Notes: generated by a model from the letters alone, not told the origin. Positions 49,744 through 60,976 are shown, counted from the stretch's first letter. The stretch is DNA of 64,000 bases from Bacteroidota bacterium (GCA_049523215.1 JBEKNC010000010.1:663-64662); one strand, 5' to 3'. Numbers and translations: made by a program.

Positions 49744-50886
49744 GTGAAATTCCCCGAACCAAGATCACCCCAAAAAATCACAGGTTTACCAACAAGTTCT
49801 TCCAAAGTTGCTGTTATGAAAACGACACCGCAAACCATACTGGAAGACACCCAACGAACCATGGAAATGGCCGGGATAAAAAAAGCCCTCAAACCAGGAG
49901 TGACAACAATATTAAAAGATAATATCTCATGGCATTTCCCATTTCCCGGAGCCAATACAACACCGTGGCAAATGGAAGGGACGATTCTCGGTTTGAAAAA
50001 AAGCGGTCTTAACGATATGGTGTGTGTGCAAAACAAGACCGTGGTGACCGATGCGTTCAAGGGTGAAGATCTGAATAAATACACACCGCTGTTCAAGAAG
50101 TATCAGGTACCAGTTCTCTTCAATTTCCGCGAAGGGGATATGAAATGGATCGAGTACTCTCCTCAGTCTCCCTTGCTTGTGCTTGACCAAATCTTTCCGG
50201 ATGGTATTCAAATTCCCGATTATTTTTTTGGAAAGAACATTGTTCACCTGCCAACGGTGAAATGCCATATCTACACAACCACGACGGGTGCAATGAAGAA
50301 TGCATTCGGTGGTTTGTTGGCTACACATCGGCACTATACACATACTTGGATTCACGAGACTCTTGTTGATCTGCTCGCCATCCAAAAAGAAATCCATTCT
50401 GGTGTTTTTGCTGTAATGGATGGAACCACTGCAGGAAATGGCCCCGGGCCCAGAACTATGTATCCGGTTGAGAAAAACCTTATACTCGCCAGCGCTGATC
50501 AGGTTGCAATAGATGCAGTTGCCGCAAAGATGATGGGATTCGATCCGCTTTCAATCAAATATATCAATTTGGCGCATCAATGCGGGTTAGGGTGCGGGGA
50601 TCCGAGAGAGATCACTCTCGTGGGAGAAGATATCTCAAGAGAGAACTGGCATTTTTCTGTTGGCGACAATACAGCAAGTCGAGCCGGTGACCTTCTCTGG
50701 TTTGGGCCCCTCAAGCGACTTCAGAATATTTTTTTCCGAACTCCACTCGTCAACCTTTTCATCTTTGCTTCTGAATTCTATCATGATTACTACCGATGGC
50801 CGTTTCGGGATCATCGCGTGTTTAAACGATGGCTCAGACAGACACAGTGGGGAAAACTGTTCGCTTCATATCCTCCTATCGAGTAG
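49744..50886 (+). CDS. DUF362 domain protein
   Basis: LKDNISW, LPTVKCH, GAMKNAFG, DQVAIDA; start uncertain (GTG 49744). Confidence 0.8.
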   Translation: MKFPEPRSPQKITGLPTSSSKVAVMKTTPQTILEDTQRTMEMAGIKKALKPGVTTILKDNISWHFPFPGANTTPWQMEGTILGLKKSGLNDMVCVQNKTVVTDAFKGEDLNKYTPLFKKYQVPVLFNFREGDMKWIEYSPQSPLLVLDQIFPDGIQIPDYFFGKNIVHLPTVKCHIYTTTTGAMKNAFGGLLATHRHYTHTWIHETLVDLLAIQKEIHSGVFAVMDGTTAGNGPGPRTMYPVEKNLILASADQVAIDAVAAKMMGFDPLSIKYINLAHQCGLGCGDPREITLVGEDISRENWHFSVGDNTASRAGDLLWFGPLKRLQNIFFRTPLVNLFIFASEFYHDYYRWPFRDHRVFKRWLRQTQWGKLFASYPPIE

Positions 50887-50901
50887 TCATTGGTTGATGA
50901 T

Positions 50902-51810
50902 ATGCAGATGACTCTTCGTACTCGTGCAGAATTATATTTGCTTTCCATTACGGTTGTTTGGGGAAGCACATTTGTTCTGACGAAGTTTGTTTTAGAGAAT
51001 GCGTCTCCCTTTGCGTACATCTCCATTCGTTTCACTGTTGCTTCGATTATATTCGCAGTAGTATTCTTTCGAAGATTGCGGGTAATCTCAAAGGATGCAA
51101 TCGCGAAGGGTACTGTTCTTGGTGTCTTGCTCTTTGTCGGTTTTGCGCTGCAAACTGTGGGGTTGAAATACACAACAGCGTCTAAATCGGCATTTGTTAC
51201 AGGCCTCATGGTTGTGTTCACACCTTTGTTTCAATTGATCATTGAACGAAAATCACCCAAACTTGGAAATATCATTGGTGTTGTTTTGGTTGCGATTGGT
51301 TTATTTTTTTTAACCTCACCCAAAGGCTCAGAGTTCAATATCGGAGATGCACTCACTCTTATTTGTGCCGTACTATTTAGTCTCTATACAGTCTATCTGA
51401 GTATTTTTGGGAAGGAACATGATCCTGCACATCTGACCTTCGTGCAATTTGTCTCAACTGCATTGCTTTCGGTGCTGGCTATACCATTTTTGGAAACAGC
51501 GTACATGAATATCAACGGTAATTTTCTTATACTTATAGCCTATCTCGCTGTCATGCCAACAGTCGTAGCATTGTACGTTATGGCGAAGTATCAAAAATAT
51601 ACAACGCCGACACGGAGCGCAGTCATTTATTCGATGGAACCGCCTCTTGCGGCGCTGTTTGCCTTTTTGATTATTGGTGAACAGATAGGAATGATTGGGA
51701 TTGTTGGAGGAGTATTGATTCTATTGGGGCTGATCATTTCAGAATTATCGGATGTCATTTTTAAGCGAAAACCGAAGAAATGGCGCAAACAAAGTTCTGT
51801 CCTGAAATAG
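50902..51810 (+). CDS. EamA/DMT family transporter
   Basis: VWGSTF, 10 TM helices, duplicated halves. Confidence 0.9.
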   Translation: MQMTLRTRAELYLLSITVVWGSTFVLTKFVLENASPFAYISIRFTVASIIFAVVFFRRLRVISKDAIAKGTVLGVLLFVGFALQTVGLKYTTASKSAFVTGLMVVFTPLFQLIIERKSPKLGNIIGVVLVAIGLFFLTSPKGSEFNIGDALTLICAVLFSLYTVYLSIFGKEHDPAHLTFVQFVSTALLSVLAIPFLETAYMNINGNFLILIAYLAVMPTVVALYVMAKYQKYTTPTRSAVIYSMEPPLAALFAFLIIGEQIGMIGIVGGVLILLGLIISELSDVIFKRKPKKWRKQSSVLK

Positions 51811-51916
51811 CGGTTTTGTGATCGTGTCAAGAGCTATATATGGCATTTTTCCGGAGAAAAAAAATGATTCAATCAACACTTGCGGAATTCAAAAACGAGA
51901 AGTATATTGTGAACAG

Positions 51917-52336
51917 ATGAAATTGGGGCAAATATATTTTTTTGCTACTGCCATTCTACTGTTTGTTTTAACGGGAATGGTACTGGCACAAAGCAATCCT
52001 ATTATCACAACAAAAGTCGAATCTTTTGTTGGTTATATTAGGGTGGAATGGACGATTAATTCAGAAGCGGGCATCGATCATTATGAAGTATGGAGAAGTA
52101 GTGGAAGTTCCGTTCCTTTGTGTGTTGGAGTCGTACCGCATGGAGTTCTTTACTTTGATGATAAAACCACCAGTTTGTATAAGACAGAAGATCAATATTT
52201 TATCTATCAGGTGAAAGCTGTAGGAGGTCCCAATGGATCCGTCCTAGGCCAGAGTGACAATAAGGGAATATACTTTATGAGCCCTAGTTCTACATACAAA
52301 CGCACTTGGGGTAGTATTAAGGCGATGTTCCGATAA
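51917..52336 (+). CDS. Exported hypothetical protein (Fn3-like) with C-terminal TWGSIKAMFR motif
   Basis: Signal peptide from ATG 51917; VEW...YEVWRS beta pattern. Confidence 0.75.
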   Translation: MKLGQIYFFATAILLFVLTGMVLAQSNPIITTKVESFVGYIRVEWTINSEAGIDHYEVWRSSGSSVPLCVGVVPHGVLYFDDKTTSLYKTEDQYFIYQVKAVGGPNGSVLGQSDNKGIYFMSPSSTYKRTWGSIKAMFR

Positions 52337-52405
52337 ACTATTGTTTATAGAGAATCTTGAATAAGCGAGCATTATGCGTCGCTTTTTTTGTTTTTGGACC
52401 TCCTT

Positions 52406-53005
52406 ATGAGACCTTTGATTCTTGCATCTCAATCACCTCGTAGAAAAATTCTACTGAAGCAGATTGGGTTGAAGTTTCGTGTTATCCCGAGTCATGTCTC
52501 GGAAGTATTATCTCCGAACCAATCACCCGGTGATAATGCAAAACGCATTGCAATTGATAAAGCTTCTGAGGTCGCCGCCCGTCTGAAAAAAGGGATTGTG
52601 ATCGGAGCAGATACGATTGTTGTGCTCGATCATCATGCCCTCGGCAAACCGACATCCAAAGATGATGCGAAGCGGATGTTGAAACTGTTGAGTGGACGTG
52701 AGCATTCGGTATACACCGGCTTTGCTTTGATCGATGTGGAATCGAAGAAACACGTAGCAGGAGTGGAAGAAACAAAAGTACGATTCCGCAAGCTGGATGA
52801 AAAAGAGATTGTTTCCTATATCGATTCAGGATCGCCGATGGATAAGGCAGGCTCGTATGGAATTCAAGATGATTTTGGAGCCGTCTTTGTCGAAAAAGTG
52901 AATGGATGTTTCTATAATGTTGTTGGATTTCCTCTTGCTCGTTTTTATTCGACGTTACAGCGATTTATTGCTTACTTGGAATTACAGAATAAAACGAAAA
53001 CATAA
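52406..53005 (+). CDS. maf: Maf nucleotide pyrophosphatase
   Basis: [24 protein letters not shown]. Confidence 0.95.
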   Translation: MRPLILASQSPRRKILLKQIGLKFRVIPSHVSEVLSPNQSPGDNAKRIAIDKASEVAARLKKGIVIGADTIVVLDHHALGKPTSKDDAKRMLKLLSGREHSVYTGFALIDVESKKHVAGVEETKVRFRKLDEKEIVSYIDSGSPMDKAGSYGIQDDFGAVFVEKVNGCFYNVVGFPLARFYSTLQRFIAYLELQNKTKT

Positions 53006-53007
53006 CG

Positions 53008-53412
53008 ATGAAACGAAAGATACGAGTCCTTATTGCCAAAGCCGGATTGGATGGTCATGATCGTGGAGCGAAGGTCGTCGCTGCGGCATTGCGGGATGTC
53101 GGATTTGAAGTGATTTACTCGGGACTTCGCAAAACAGCGGAAGCGATCGTGGAATCCGCATTGCAGGAAGATGTCGATGCGATCGGTGTGAGCCTGTTGA
53201 GCGGTGCACATATGACGATCTTTCCCAAAATACTGCAGATGATGAAAACGAAAGGGATGGAGGATGTGCTTCTCTTCGGCGGAGGAATCATTCCTCAAAA
53301 AGACATTCAAGAATTGAGGAGTATGGGAGTGGGTGAGCTTTTTACACCGGGGACTACAACCGAAGACATCGTTCGTTATCTGCGTACATGGAACATGGAC
53401 CACCAACGTTAG
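53008..53412 (+). CDS. Methylmalonyl-CoA mutase cobalamin-binding subunit
   Basis: [20 protein letters not shown]. Confidence 0.93.
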   Translation: MKRKIRVLIAKAGLDGHDRGAKVVAAALRDVGFEVIYSGLRKTAEAIVESALQEDVDAIGVSLLSGAHMTIFPKILQMMKTKGMEDVLLFGGGIIPQKDIQELRSMGVGELFTPGTTTEDIVRYLRTWNMDHQR

Positions 53413-53413
53413 T

Positions 53414-53459
53414 CATCGCAAAACCCGGCGATGAAAAATCCTTGACGGGTTTTGCGATG
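53414..53459. terminator. 14-bp inverted repeat between convergent genes
   Basis: CATCGCAAAACCCG / CGGGTTTTGCGATG. Confidence 0.7.
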
Positions 53460-53470
53460 TAAAAGATCTC

Positions 53471-53674
53471 TTAAGTGATCTTTATGACTTTAACGGCCTG
53501 CAAGCCTTTTTGTCCCGTTTCAACTTCGAATTCTACTTTGTCGCCCTCCTTGAGCGTCCTGTAGCCGTCTCCGCTGATGGACTTGTAATGCACGAATACG
53601 TCTTCACCAGTTTCTCGTTTGATGAAACCGAATCCTTTTGAATTGTTGAACCACTTGACTGTACCCTGTTCCAT
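53471..53674 (-). CDS. Cold-shock protein
   Basis: GTVKWFN..KGFGFI, DVFVH. Confidence 0.96.
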   Translation of the reverse strand: MEQGTVKWFNNSKGFGFIKRETGEDVFVHYKSISGDGYRTLKEGDKVEFEVETGQKGLQAVKVIKIT

Positions 53675-53947
53675 ACGGGTTCGTCCCCTTGATACATTGA
53701 ACATCACACCGCTACTTTGTCTTTCAACGAAAAAGATGCATTGGATGCTACACCTTTATTGCTCAACCCTAACACAATTCTTAGGTGAATCGACTCATTT
53801 GAGCCACACGAACAAATTCACCAATGCCAATGTGATAGTGAAAACAAATTACGATGAAACAAAACCGGTGCATTGAATTACTTCAGAATATTACAATTTG
53901 GTATATTAAAATGCAAGTGTCGGCGGTGGGTTTTTCGTTTTATCGAA

Positions 53948-56299
53948 TTATTCTCTTTCAGCCAGCCAAATACCGTAATCCTCGGTGTCCGGTTTACTCT
54001 CTGCTGTTTCCGGTGCGACTTTACGCTCGAGAATGCGGATGCCTTCATCGGAAAAACCGAATATATCATCTAAAGAAAGAATGCGATCGAGTGCGGTCGG
54101 TTCAAAAAATTCCCGGAACTTATTTACTGCTTCATGCAGCTTTGCAAAGTAGTAAGCGACGTTTTCATCGGCTCCCAGAGGATCCCAATCTTCAACCAAA
54201 CGTGAAGAACGAGCAACATCGGCATCCGTCTCAGTTCCAGAGATATAGTACGAGAGCCTGGTATTCGCTTTGACAAAGAGACTTGAACGAACCGCTGCTT
54301 CCAATGCTGGAGAAGGCGTAATCCGACCAGCAGCAATTTCTTTCTGATATGTCTCCGTATCCATACGTAAAAATTCTGTTTTACAGAAGTCCATGGGAGT
54401 CCAATTGTGTTTTACAATCTGAGTATAAGCGGTTGCGTATGCATGATGTAATCGTGTTAGATCGTTCATAAGCATGCATTCAATGAATCGCTGGATGAAC
54501 ATTCTTAAATAGCGTTCCATGCCGCGTGATATGAGACTATTTCCTTTGATGAGGACATTGTTGTTTTGATCAAGCACTGCATAGTTACTTTTCCTGTAAC
54601 TGAGCATCTTCTTATAATGATGTGACGACAGAAGAGTGATACCACCGGGGAGAATGTTCGAGAGCCGATCTATGAAATTTTTCCGGTTCGCCTCACCGAT
54701 AATATTATCCGGCAATAGAAGGAAGAATCCTTGACCGTCAGTTTGGATGATGGTGGCATTAAAGAGTTCGATTTGATGTATAATCTCTTTCAGAATTTCT
54801 CTGCTCGCAGTAAGTACGGTTTCGGCTTGATCCGGATCGTTGTAAAGGCCTTTTGCGTAGCCAAGGGAGAGATGAAAAGAATCGAGCAGACGTTTCAGTG
54901 AATTCAACCGGGCATCTGGGTTTGTGCCTCGCGATTGGATTGCATGCTTTTGGCCGAGTGTTTTTTGCTGCAAAGAAGTGAGACTTGTCAGGAGCGAGAG
55001 AAAAACATCGAGATCATCTGTTCTGGGCTTGATGTTTTGACGGAGGATCATAGAGGGATATAATCCCTCGAGTTCAATATAGAGGACGTCGGAAAAGACA
55101 CCGATGTGAAAAATCTCTGCCGGGATATTGATATTGCGAGAACCTTCCATGGGTTTGGGAACCGAATGTTTTTGCCGCACGTATTCTCTCAACATGAACG
55201 ATTCGATGCGTGAAGCCGCGGCGGTATGGATGAGCATTCTGAAGTTGAATGGACACATCTGAGCAAGATAAAAGAGTGGAGGCAGAAGTAAGTTGCTGAG
55301 CTCACGTACAATGAGAGCATTTTGCAGAGATTGAACTGCCACTTGCTTCGGTGTACGTTTCCATTCTTTCATCACTCGATGGGATGGAAGAGCATGTTCT
55401 GTACCAATAGGAATACCGAAATGTTTGGCTAATGAAATCAAACTGAATGATTGCTCAACTCTCTTGGTGTTCATTTCTGTTTCTGCAACCGTTATGGTGT
55501 CCACGAGGTGTCTGCCGAAAACATCGTATGAAAACCACTCGCTTTCACCGAGTCCAGCAGTGCTAAACCCACTCGGTGTCCGCATATCGCTGCCGCTTCT
55601 GCCGACAGCAAATGTTATTTGCTGTCGTTCGCAGGCACGACCGAGAGCCGGAAGGATCGTTCCGAATAAATCATATCCCTCAATAACGTCAGGATCAATT
55701 TCGTTGATGTGCTGAATACATTGCTTCAAGACAACCTGTTCGTTTTGTTTGGGCGTTTTCAGGATATATTTGTTCCCATCACTTGTGAGAAGTGTGATGA
55801 CGAGAATGTGTTCTTCCATGCTCTTACTGCTTCGTTTCTTTCCTGTTGCAGGTGCACATTGAACATCGATATGAAGACGTACCAGATCTTCAAATTCCAT
55901 CCCTTTGAACAATGTTATTCCGGATTGCAAGAGGAACTGGCGTACCGGATCGGCACGAACCAGGATTTCTTTTAACTCCTGATACGATGAGATACGCGGC
56001 GAATGGCTTTTATTGTATTGTCGAAGAATGAAGTGTACCGCTTCCCACATTTCACTCCAGCGGGAGAATGCTGCAATGAACTGATAGAAGTTGTTCCCGG
56101 CAAGCTTCTTCAACCAGAATTTTTTTGGGAATTCCTTGATAAGCGCTTCGTCCGTCAGAAAAAAGAAGGGGAAGAATTCCACATCTCTGTGTAGAATCTT
56201 CCCCTCAACTCGCTTGAACAACCTGATCGTCTGATCGTTCAACTGCTGGACGGCAACAATGCGCTCTTCAGGATTATGTCCGTAGAGCAATGAGTCCAT
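53948..56299 (-). CDS. Family B DNA polymerase-like protein with degenerate catalytic motifs
   Basis: DPDVIEG exonuclease region, LYPS, LKRLLDSF, SYRKSNY; DTD replaced by DGQ. Confidence 0.8.
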   Translation of the reverse strand: MDSLLYGHNPEERIVAVQQLNDQTIRLFKRVEGKILHRDVEFFPFFFLTDEALIKEFPKKFWLKKLAGNNFYQFIAAFSRWSEMWEAVHFILRQYNKSHSPRISSYQELKEILVRADPVRQFLLQSGITLFKGMEFEDLVRLHIDVQCAPATGKKRSSKSMEEHILVITLLTSDGNKYILKTPKQNEQVVLKQCIQHINEIDPDVIEGYDLFGTILPALGRACERQQITFAVGRSGSDMRTPSGFSTAGLGESEWFSYDVFGRHLVDTITVAETEMNTKRVEQSFSLISLAKHFGIPIGTEHALPSHRVMKEWKRTPKQVAVQSLQNALIVRELSNLLLPPLFYLAQMCPFNFRMLIHTAAASRIESFMLREYVRQKHSVPKPMEGSRNINIPAEIFHIGVFSDVLYIELEGLYPSMILRQNIKPRTDDLDVFLSLLTSLTSLQQKTLGQKHAIQSRGTNPDARLNSLKRLLDSFHLSLGYAKGLYNDPDQAETVLTASREILKEIIHQIELFNATIIQTDGQGFFLLLPDNIIGEANRKNFIDRLSNILPGGITLLSSHHYKKMLSYRKSNYAVLDQNNNVLIKGNSLISRGMERYLRMFIQRFIECMLMNDLTRLHHAYATAYTQIVKHNWTPMDFCKTEFLRMDTETYQKEIAAGRITPSPALEAAVRSSLFVKANTRLSYYISGTETDADVARSSRLVEDWDPLGADENVAYYFAKLHEAVNKFREFFEPTALDRILSLDDIFGFSDEGIRILERKVAPETAESKPDTEDYGIWLAERE

Positions 56300-56302
56300 T
56301 CA

Positions 56303-57073
56303 TCATTTCTGCAGTTTGTCCATAGTCATAAACGGTCTCAACAAATCGATAGGCACGGGGAAAATGGTGGTGGAGTTATTCTCCGTGGCAATTTCGCGAA
56401 GTGTTTGCAGATATCGCAGCGTAAGGGCGCTTGGCTGTTCGCTTAACACTTTTGCCGCATCTGAAAGCCGCTGTGATGCCTGAAATTCACCTTCCGCCGC
56501 AATGACCTTGGAGCGGCGTTCGCGCTCGGCTTCTGCCTGTTTCGCCATTGCCCGCTGCATTTCCTGCGGCAGATCGATCTGTTTCACTTCAACATTGGAT
56601 ACCTTCACGCCCCACGGTTCTGTGTGGCTGTCGATAATTTGCTGAAGCTTCTGGTTGATCTTGTCGCGCTGTGAAAGAAGATCATCTAATTCGGATTGTC
56701 CTAATACGCTGCGTAACGTTGTCTGTGAAAGCTGGGATGTAGCGAACAAATAATTTTCAACAGATACTACGGCTTTTTCCGGCTGCATCACACGGAAGTA
56801 CACGACAGCATTCACTTTAAGCGAAACGTTATCCTGTGTGATGATATCCTGCGGCGGAACATCCATGACGACCGTTCGCAGACTCACTTTTACCATTCTA
56901 TCAATACCGGGCCATAACCAGACAATTCCGGGTCCTTTTACTCCCAATAGCCGTCCTAAGCGGAATATGACACCGCGATCATATTCACGCAAAATTTTAA
57001 TTGAATTGACTGCGAGAAGAAAAATGGCAAATCCCAAAAGAAATATATATATAAATCCTGGTTCCATAGTCAC
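56303..57073 (-). CDS. SPFH/slipin (stomatin-like) protein
   Basis: [29 protein letters not shown]. Confidence 0.95.
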   Translation of the reverse strand: MTMEPGFIYIFLLGFAIFLLAVNSIKILREYDRGVIFRLGRLLGVKGPGIVWLWPGIDRMVKVSLRTVVMDVPPQDIITQDNVSLKVNAVVYFRVMQPEKAVVSVENYLFATSQLSQTTLRSVLGQSELDDLLSQRDKINQKLQQIIDSHTEPWGVKVSNVEVKQIDLPQEMQRAMAKQAEAERERRSKVIAAEGEFQASQRLSDAAKVLSEQPSALTLRYLQTLREIATENNSTTIFPVPIDLLRPFMTMDKLQK

Positions 57074-58362
57074 TCCTTTGATATTGTGAATGGTTCGACT
57101 AACAATTTTAATCCGTTGATTCTAACAACTCGTATACGATTACCTTTTTCAATTGTTCCTGACAATGATTCTGCATTCCAGAACTCTCCATTTACACGAA
57201 CGACACCTTCTGGTTTCAGTATTTCGACAACATCTCCACTCTGTCCAATTAACCCTTCAACGCCTGTTGTTGGCTTTCGGCGTTGAGCTTTTACCCCCAA
57301 TCCGATGATAACGACAAAAAAGAATGTGGATATAATGACCGATGCAAGGATGACCGACCAAGATATTTCTACAAACTCAAGAACACTTGATGTGCGAATA
57401 AGCATAATTGATCCTAGAAAAATTGAGACAGCCCCGCCGATTGCCAGCATGCCGTGGCTGATGATTTTTATCTCCAAGAGGAAGAGAATAATGCCAAAGA
57501 TGATAAGCGCAAGTCCGGCATAGTTAATTGGCAGAGTGTGCATAGAATAAAAGGCAAGTACCAAACTGATTACCCCAACGATGCCGGGGAAGATAGAACC
57601 CGGATTGTACAACTCGAGTATCAAACCGATAGTGCCGAGTTGAAAAAGAATGAGGGCGATATTCGGATTGCTCAAGAGATCCAATAATTTTTCCGCCCAT
57701 CCCATTTCCATTTGTTCAATCCGTGCACCTTTCGTATGGAGTGTTGTTGTGCCGCTGATTGTCTCAATTTGTTTGCCGTCAATTTGCGTGAGCAATTCAT
57801 CAACATTCTTCGCAATGAGATCGATAACATTTGTGTCAAGCGCTTCTGTTTCCGTAATAGCTTGGCTTTTACGGACAGCATCTTCTGCCCACTTCAGGTT
57901 GCGGTTTCGTTTTTCGGCGATCGTACGGATAAAAGCGGCAGCATCATTGGTGACTTTTTCGCCCATCACCGAATCCATTTTCCCTTCCATTTCCACAGGA
58001 TGGGCAGCGCCGATGTTTGTGCCCGGAGCCATCGCTGCAATGTGTGCCGCCATTGTAATAAAAACACCAGCCGAACCTGCATGCGCTCCGCCTGGAGCAA
58101 CATAGACCACGATGGGAATTTTGGATTCAAGTATTGCACTCACAATGATACGTGTAGATGTAAGCAATCCGCCGGGTGTGTTCAGTTGGATGATGAGACA
58201 TTCCGCGTTTTTTTCAGCAGAACTTACGATGCCGCGTTCGATGAAAGCCGATGATGCCGGATTAATAGCACCATCAATTTTCAGCAATATGACTGATTGT
58301 GAAAATGTGACAGTGGAAAGAAGAATAAAAAGAAATATGAGAACGTTGATGCGGTGGAGCAT
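57070..58362 (-). CDS. nfeD: NfeD membrane-bound serine protease
   Basis: LNTPGG, AGSAG, GTNIGAA, C-terminal OB domain GEFWNA; start ATG 58362 behind GGAGG. Confidence 0.92.
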   Translation of the reverse strand: MLHRINVLIFLFILLSTVTFSQSVILLKIDGAINPASSAFIERGIVSSAEKNAECLIIQLNTPGGLLTSTRIIVSAILESKIPIVVYVAPGGAHAGSAGVFITMAAHIAAMAPGTNIGAAHPVEMEGKMDSVMGEKVTNDAAAFIRTIAEKRNRNLKWAEDAVRKSQAITETEALDTNVIDLIAKNVDELLTQIDGKQIETISGTTTLHTKGARIEQMEMGWAEKLLDLLSNPNIALILFQLGTIGLILELYNPGSIFPGIVGVISLVLAFYSMHTLPINYAGLALIIFGIILFLLEIKIISHGMLAIGGAVSIFLGSIMLIRTSSVLEFVEISWSVILASVIISTFFFVVIIGLGVKAQRRKPTTGVEGLIGQSGDVVEILKPEGVVRVNGEFWNAESLSGTIEKGNRIRVVRINGLKLLVEPFTISKE

Positions 58363-58392
58363 CGTTGATTCCTCCATCCGGTATGATTGTTT

Positions 58393-58563
58393 TTATTCGG
58401 TCTGCTTTTTTCTGTAAATCAGAATAAAACCAATGCCGGAACACATTATGATGACAAGAATATCTATAAAAAACCAATAAAGACGAATATCAAGGAACAT
58501 CCCTAATGCCACTAGGGCACTGATGACGAGAAGTAAGAATCCTATGAATCGCTGGCTTTTCAC
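58393..58563 (-). CDS. 56-aa two-TM small membrane protein
   Basis: GTG start, two hydrophobic segments, basic tail; below the ORF-track cutoff. Confidence 0.55.
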   Translation of the reverse strand: MKSQRFIGFLLLVISALVALGMFLDIRLYWFFIDILVIIMCSGIGFILIYRKKQTE

Positions 58564-58593
58564 TTAGGATGAAGTTCTTTATAGAAATTTAAG

Positions 58594-58680
58594 CGGAGAG
58601 AGTGGGATTCGAACCCACGGTACCCTTGCGGATACACTACCTTTCCAGGGTAGCCAATTCAACCACTCTTGCATCTCTCC
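58594..58680 (-). tRNA. tRNA-Ser(GGA)
   Basis: GGAGAGA acceptor, CTACC-CTGGAAA-GGTAG, long variable arm, GTTCGAATC. Confidence 0.96.
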
Positions 58681-58689
58681 GATACTTCA

Positions 58690-58718
58690 AATATACTGAA
58701 TCAAGAATCTTTTTCCAA
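58690..58718 (-). promoter_or_regulatory. Promoter of tRNA-Ser(GGA)
   Basis: TTGGAA-N17-TATATT. Confidence 0.65.
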
Positions 58719-58768
58719 TGGCCGGGGAAATATTTCAAATTTCCAAATTTGCACGGAACGTAGTTAAG

Positions 58769-58855
58769 CGGAAGGGGAGGGATTCGAACCCTCGATAGCC
58801 TTGCGGCTATTCCGGTTTTCGAGACCGGTCGATTCAACCACTCTCGCACCCTTCC
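58769..58855 (-). tRNA. tRNA-Ser(CGA)
   Basis: GGAAGGG acceptor, CCGGT-CTCGAAA-ACCGG, long variable arm. Confidence 0.96.
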
Positions 58856-58876
58856 AAGTTTGGTCTCTGCGGTTCA

Positions 58877-58905
58877 AATATACTGATAAAGAGTAAGGAA
58901 TTCAA
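58877..58905 (-). promoter_or_regulatory. Promoter of tRNA-Ser(CGA)
   Basis: TTGAAT-N17-TATATT. Confidence 0.65.
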
Positions 58906-58986
58906 AGATGTGCTGATGAAACCTTCTTGGGTGATTTAATGTTCTTATCTCTGAACTCACAATAAAATATGGAGGAGATCAATACC

Positions 58987-59451
58987 ATGGCAATTCAAGT
59001 CGGAAATAAAGCACCGGAATTCACTTTATTCGATACGGAGAAGAAATCTCGTTCACTTTCTGAGTTTCGCGGAAAGAAGGTTGTACTCGCATTCTATCCG
59101 GGTGCGTTCACCGGAGTGTGTACGAAAGAAATGTGTACATTCCGCAATATGATGGCAAAATTTAATGAATTCAATGCGCAAGTTGTCGGCATTAGTGTAG
59201 ATGCGCCGTTTGCAAATAAAGAATTTGCTACGCAGAATAATCTGCAATTTCCGCTCTTGAGCGATTATTCTCGTGAAGTGATCAGGCAGTACTGCGGTGT
59301 GCATGAGGACTTCGCCGGATTGAAGGGCTACACTGCTTCGAAGCGTGCAGTGTTTATCGTCGATGGGAATGGCATTGTGAAGTATGCGTGGATATCGGAA
59401 AATCCCGGTGTGGAGCCGGAGTACGATGCAATCTCCAAGGCACTGAAATAG
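58987..59451 (+). CDS. Peroxiredoxin (AhpC/TSA family)
   Basis: [15 protein letters not shown]. Confidence 0.92.
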   Translation: MAIQVGNKAPEFTLFDTEKKSRSLSEFRGKKVVLAFYPGAFTGVCTKEMCTFRNMMAKFNEFNAQVVGISVDAPFANKEFATQNNLQFPLLSDYSREVIRQYCGVHEDFAGLKGYTASKRAVFIVDGNGIVKYAWISENPGVEPEYDAISKALK

Positions 59452-59516
59452 AAACCAGCCAAAATCTCTTTTGAATTTCAACGAGATTATTCATATTCTA
59501 TAGCTGAGGAATATCT

Positions 59517-59981
59517 ATGCTTAAAATTGGCAAAAAAGCGCCTGACTTCAATTTGTTATCAGGCGATGGAAAAAAATACAGCTTGAAAGATTTTGCAGGC
59601 AGGAAATTAGTGCTCTATTTTTATCCGAGGGACAATACATCTGGTTGTACGGAAGAAGCCCGTTCTTTTGAAAAAAAGCGAGGGGCAATGAAAAAGAATG
59701 GCGCAATTGTCGTTGGAGTGAGTACGGACAGTGTAGATTCGCATGCAAAGTTTGCGAGTAAATATGGATTGACATTTCCACTCCTCAGCGATGAGAAAAA
59801 GAGTGTCGTCAAGGTATTCGGTGTATGGAAAGAGAAATCGATGTACGGCAAAAAGTACTTCGGTGTGGAGCGCACGACCGTTGTGATTGATGAAAAAGGA
59901 ATTATCCGGCATATCTTTCATCGTGTCAAAGTGGAAGGTCATGCTGATGAGGTTCTGAACGTTCTGAAAAAGGGAAAGTGA
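59517..59981 (+). CDS. bcp: Thioredoxin-dependent thiol peroxidase BCP (single Cys)
   Basis: YFYPRDNTSGCTEEA, ERTTVVIDE. Confidence 0.92.
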   Translation: MLKIGKKAPDFNLLSGDGKKYSLKDFAGRKLVLYFYPRDNTSGCTEEARSFEKKRGAMKKNGAIVVGVSTDSVDSHAKFASKYGLTFPLLSDEKKSVVKVFGVWKEKSMYGKKYFGVERTTVVIDEKGIIRHIFHRVKVEGHADEVLNVLKKGK

Positions 59982-59984
59982 TTC

Positions 59985-60401
59985 ATGCCGAAAATGTATA
60001 TAACACGGAGGGAAGTTTTCAGCGCTTCACATCGGCTTTGGAATTCCGACCTATCGGAAGAGCAAAACAGTAAACTGTTTGATAAATGTGCCAATCCCAA
60101 CGGACATGGTCACAATTTTATTCTTGAAGTTACAGTCGTTGGTGATATAAAAAACGAATCGGGATATGTCGTAGATATCAAGAAACTCAAAAACATTATC
60201 CGAGAAGAAATTATTTCAAAAGTCGATCATAAACATCTGAACTATGATGTCGATTTCCTGAAAGATAAAATTCCTACCGCAGAAAACATCGTACGTGCAT
60301 TCTGGCGAGTATTGGAAACGAAAATCGGTGAGGCAAAGCTCTCTGCAATCCGTCTCCATGAGACAGAGAATAATATAGTAGAATATCGAGGTGAAGAATG
60401 A
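59985..60401 (+). CDS. 6-pyruvoyltetrahydropterin synthase (eukaryote-like type)
   Basis: [26 protein letters not shown]. Confidence 0.9.
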   Translation: MPKMYITRREVFSASHRLWNSDLSEEQNSKLFDKCANPNGHGHNFILEVTVVGDIKNESGYVVDIKKLKNIIREEIISKVDHKHLNYDVDFLKDKIPTAENIVRAFWRVLETKIGEAKLSAIRLHETENNIVEYRGEE

Positions 60402-60970
60402 CCACTGGAAATGACGATCGAAAAGAAGCGATCATCAAAAATTTTCTTGCCGAGCTTGGCGAGGATCCACAACGTGAAGGGCTTCGTAGGACTCCGGATC
60501 GTGTGGCACGGATGTATGAATTCCTGACCAAGGGATATAAACAAAATATTGAAGAGGTTATGAACAGCGCCGTCTTTGAGGAAAAATACAGCGAAATGGT
60601 CATCGTCAAAGACATCGACTTCTTCTCGTTATGCGAGCATCATCTTGTGCCATTTTTTGGTAAGTGTCATATTGCATATATTCCGAATGGACGAATCATT
60701 GGTCTGAGCAAAATGCCTCGGCTCGTGGAAGTGTTTGCACGGCGATTGCAGGTTCAAGAGCGATTAACGCAGCAAATTGCTGATACGCTGTATCAGCATA
60801 TTCAACCACTGGGAGTTGCAGTTGTGATGGAAGCACAACATCTCTGCATGATCATGCGCGGAGTTGAGAAATTGAATTCTGTGGCAACGACAAGTGCGAT
60901 GCTGGGGGCGTTCCGAAATGATGAAAAAACACGAAGCGAATTTCTCACCCTCATCGGCAGAAAGCCGTAA
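60398..60970 (+). CDS. folE: GTP cyclohydrolase I
   Basis: [34 protein letters not shown]. Confidence 0.97.
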   Translation: MTTGNDDRKEAIIKNFLAELGEDPQREGLRRTPDRVARMYEFLTKGYKQNIEEVMNSAVFEEKYSEMVIVKDIDFFSLCEHHLVPFFGKCHIAYIPNGRIIGLSKMPRLVEVFARRLQVQERLTQQIADTLYQHIQPLGVAVVMEAQHLCMIMRGVEKLNSVATTSAMLGAFRNDEKTRSEFLTLIGRKP

Positions 60971-60976
60971 CACCTC

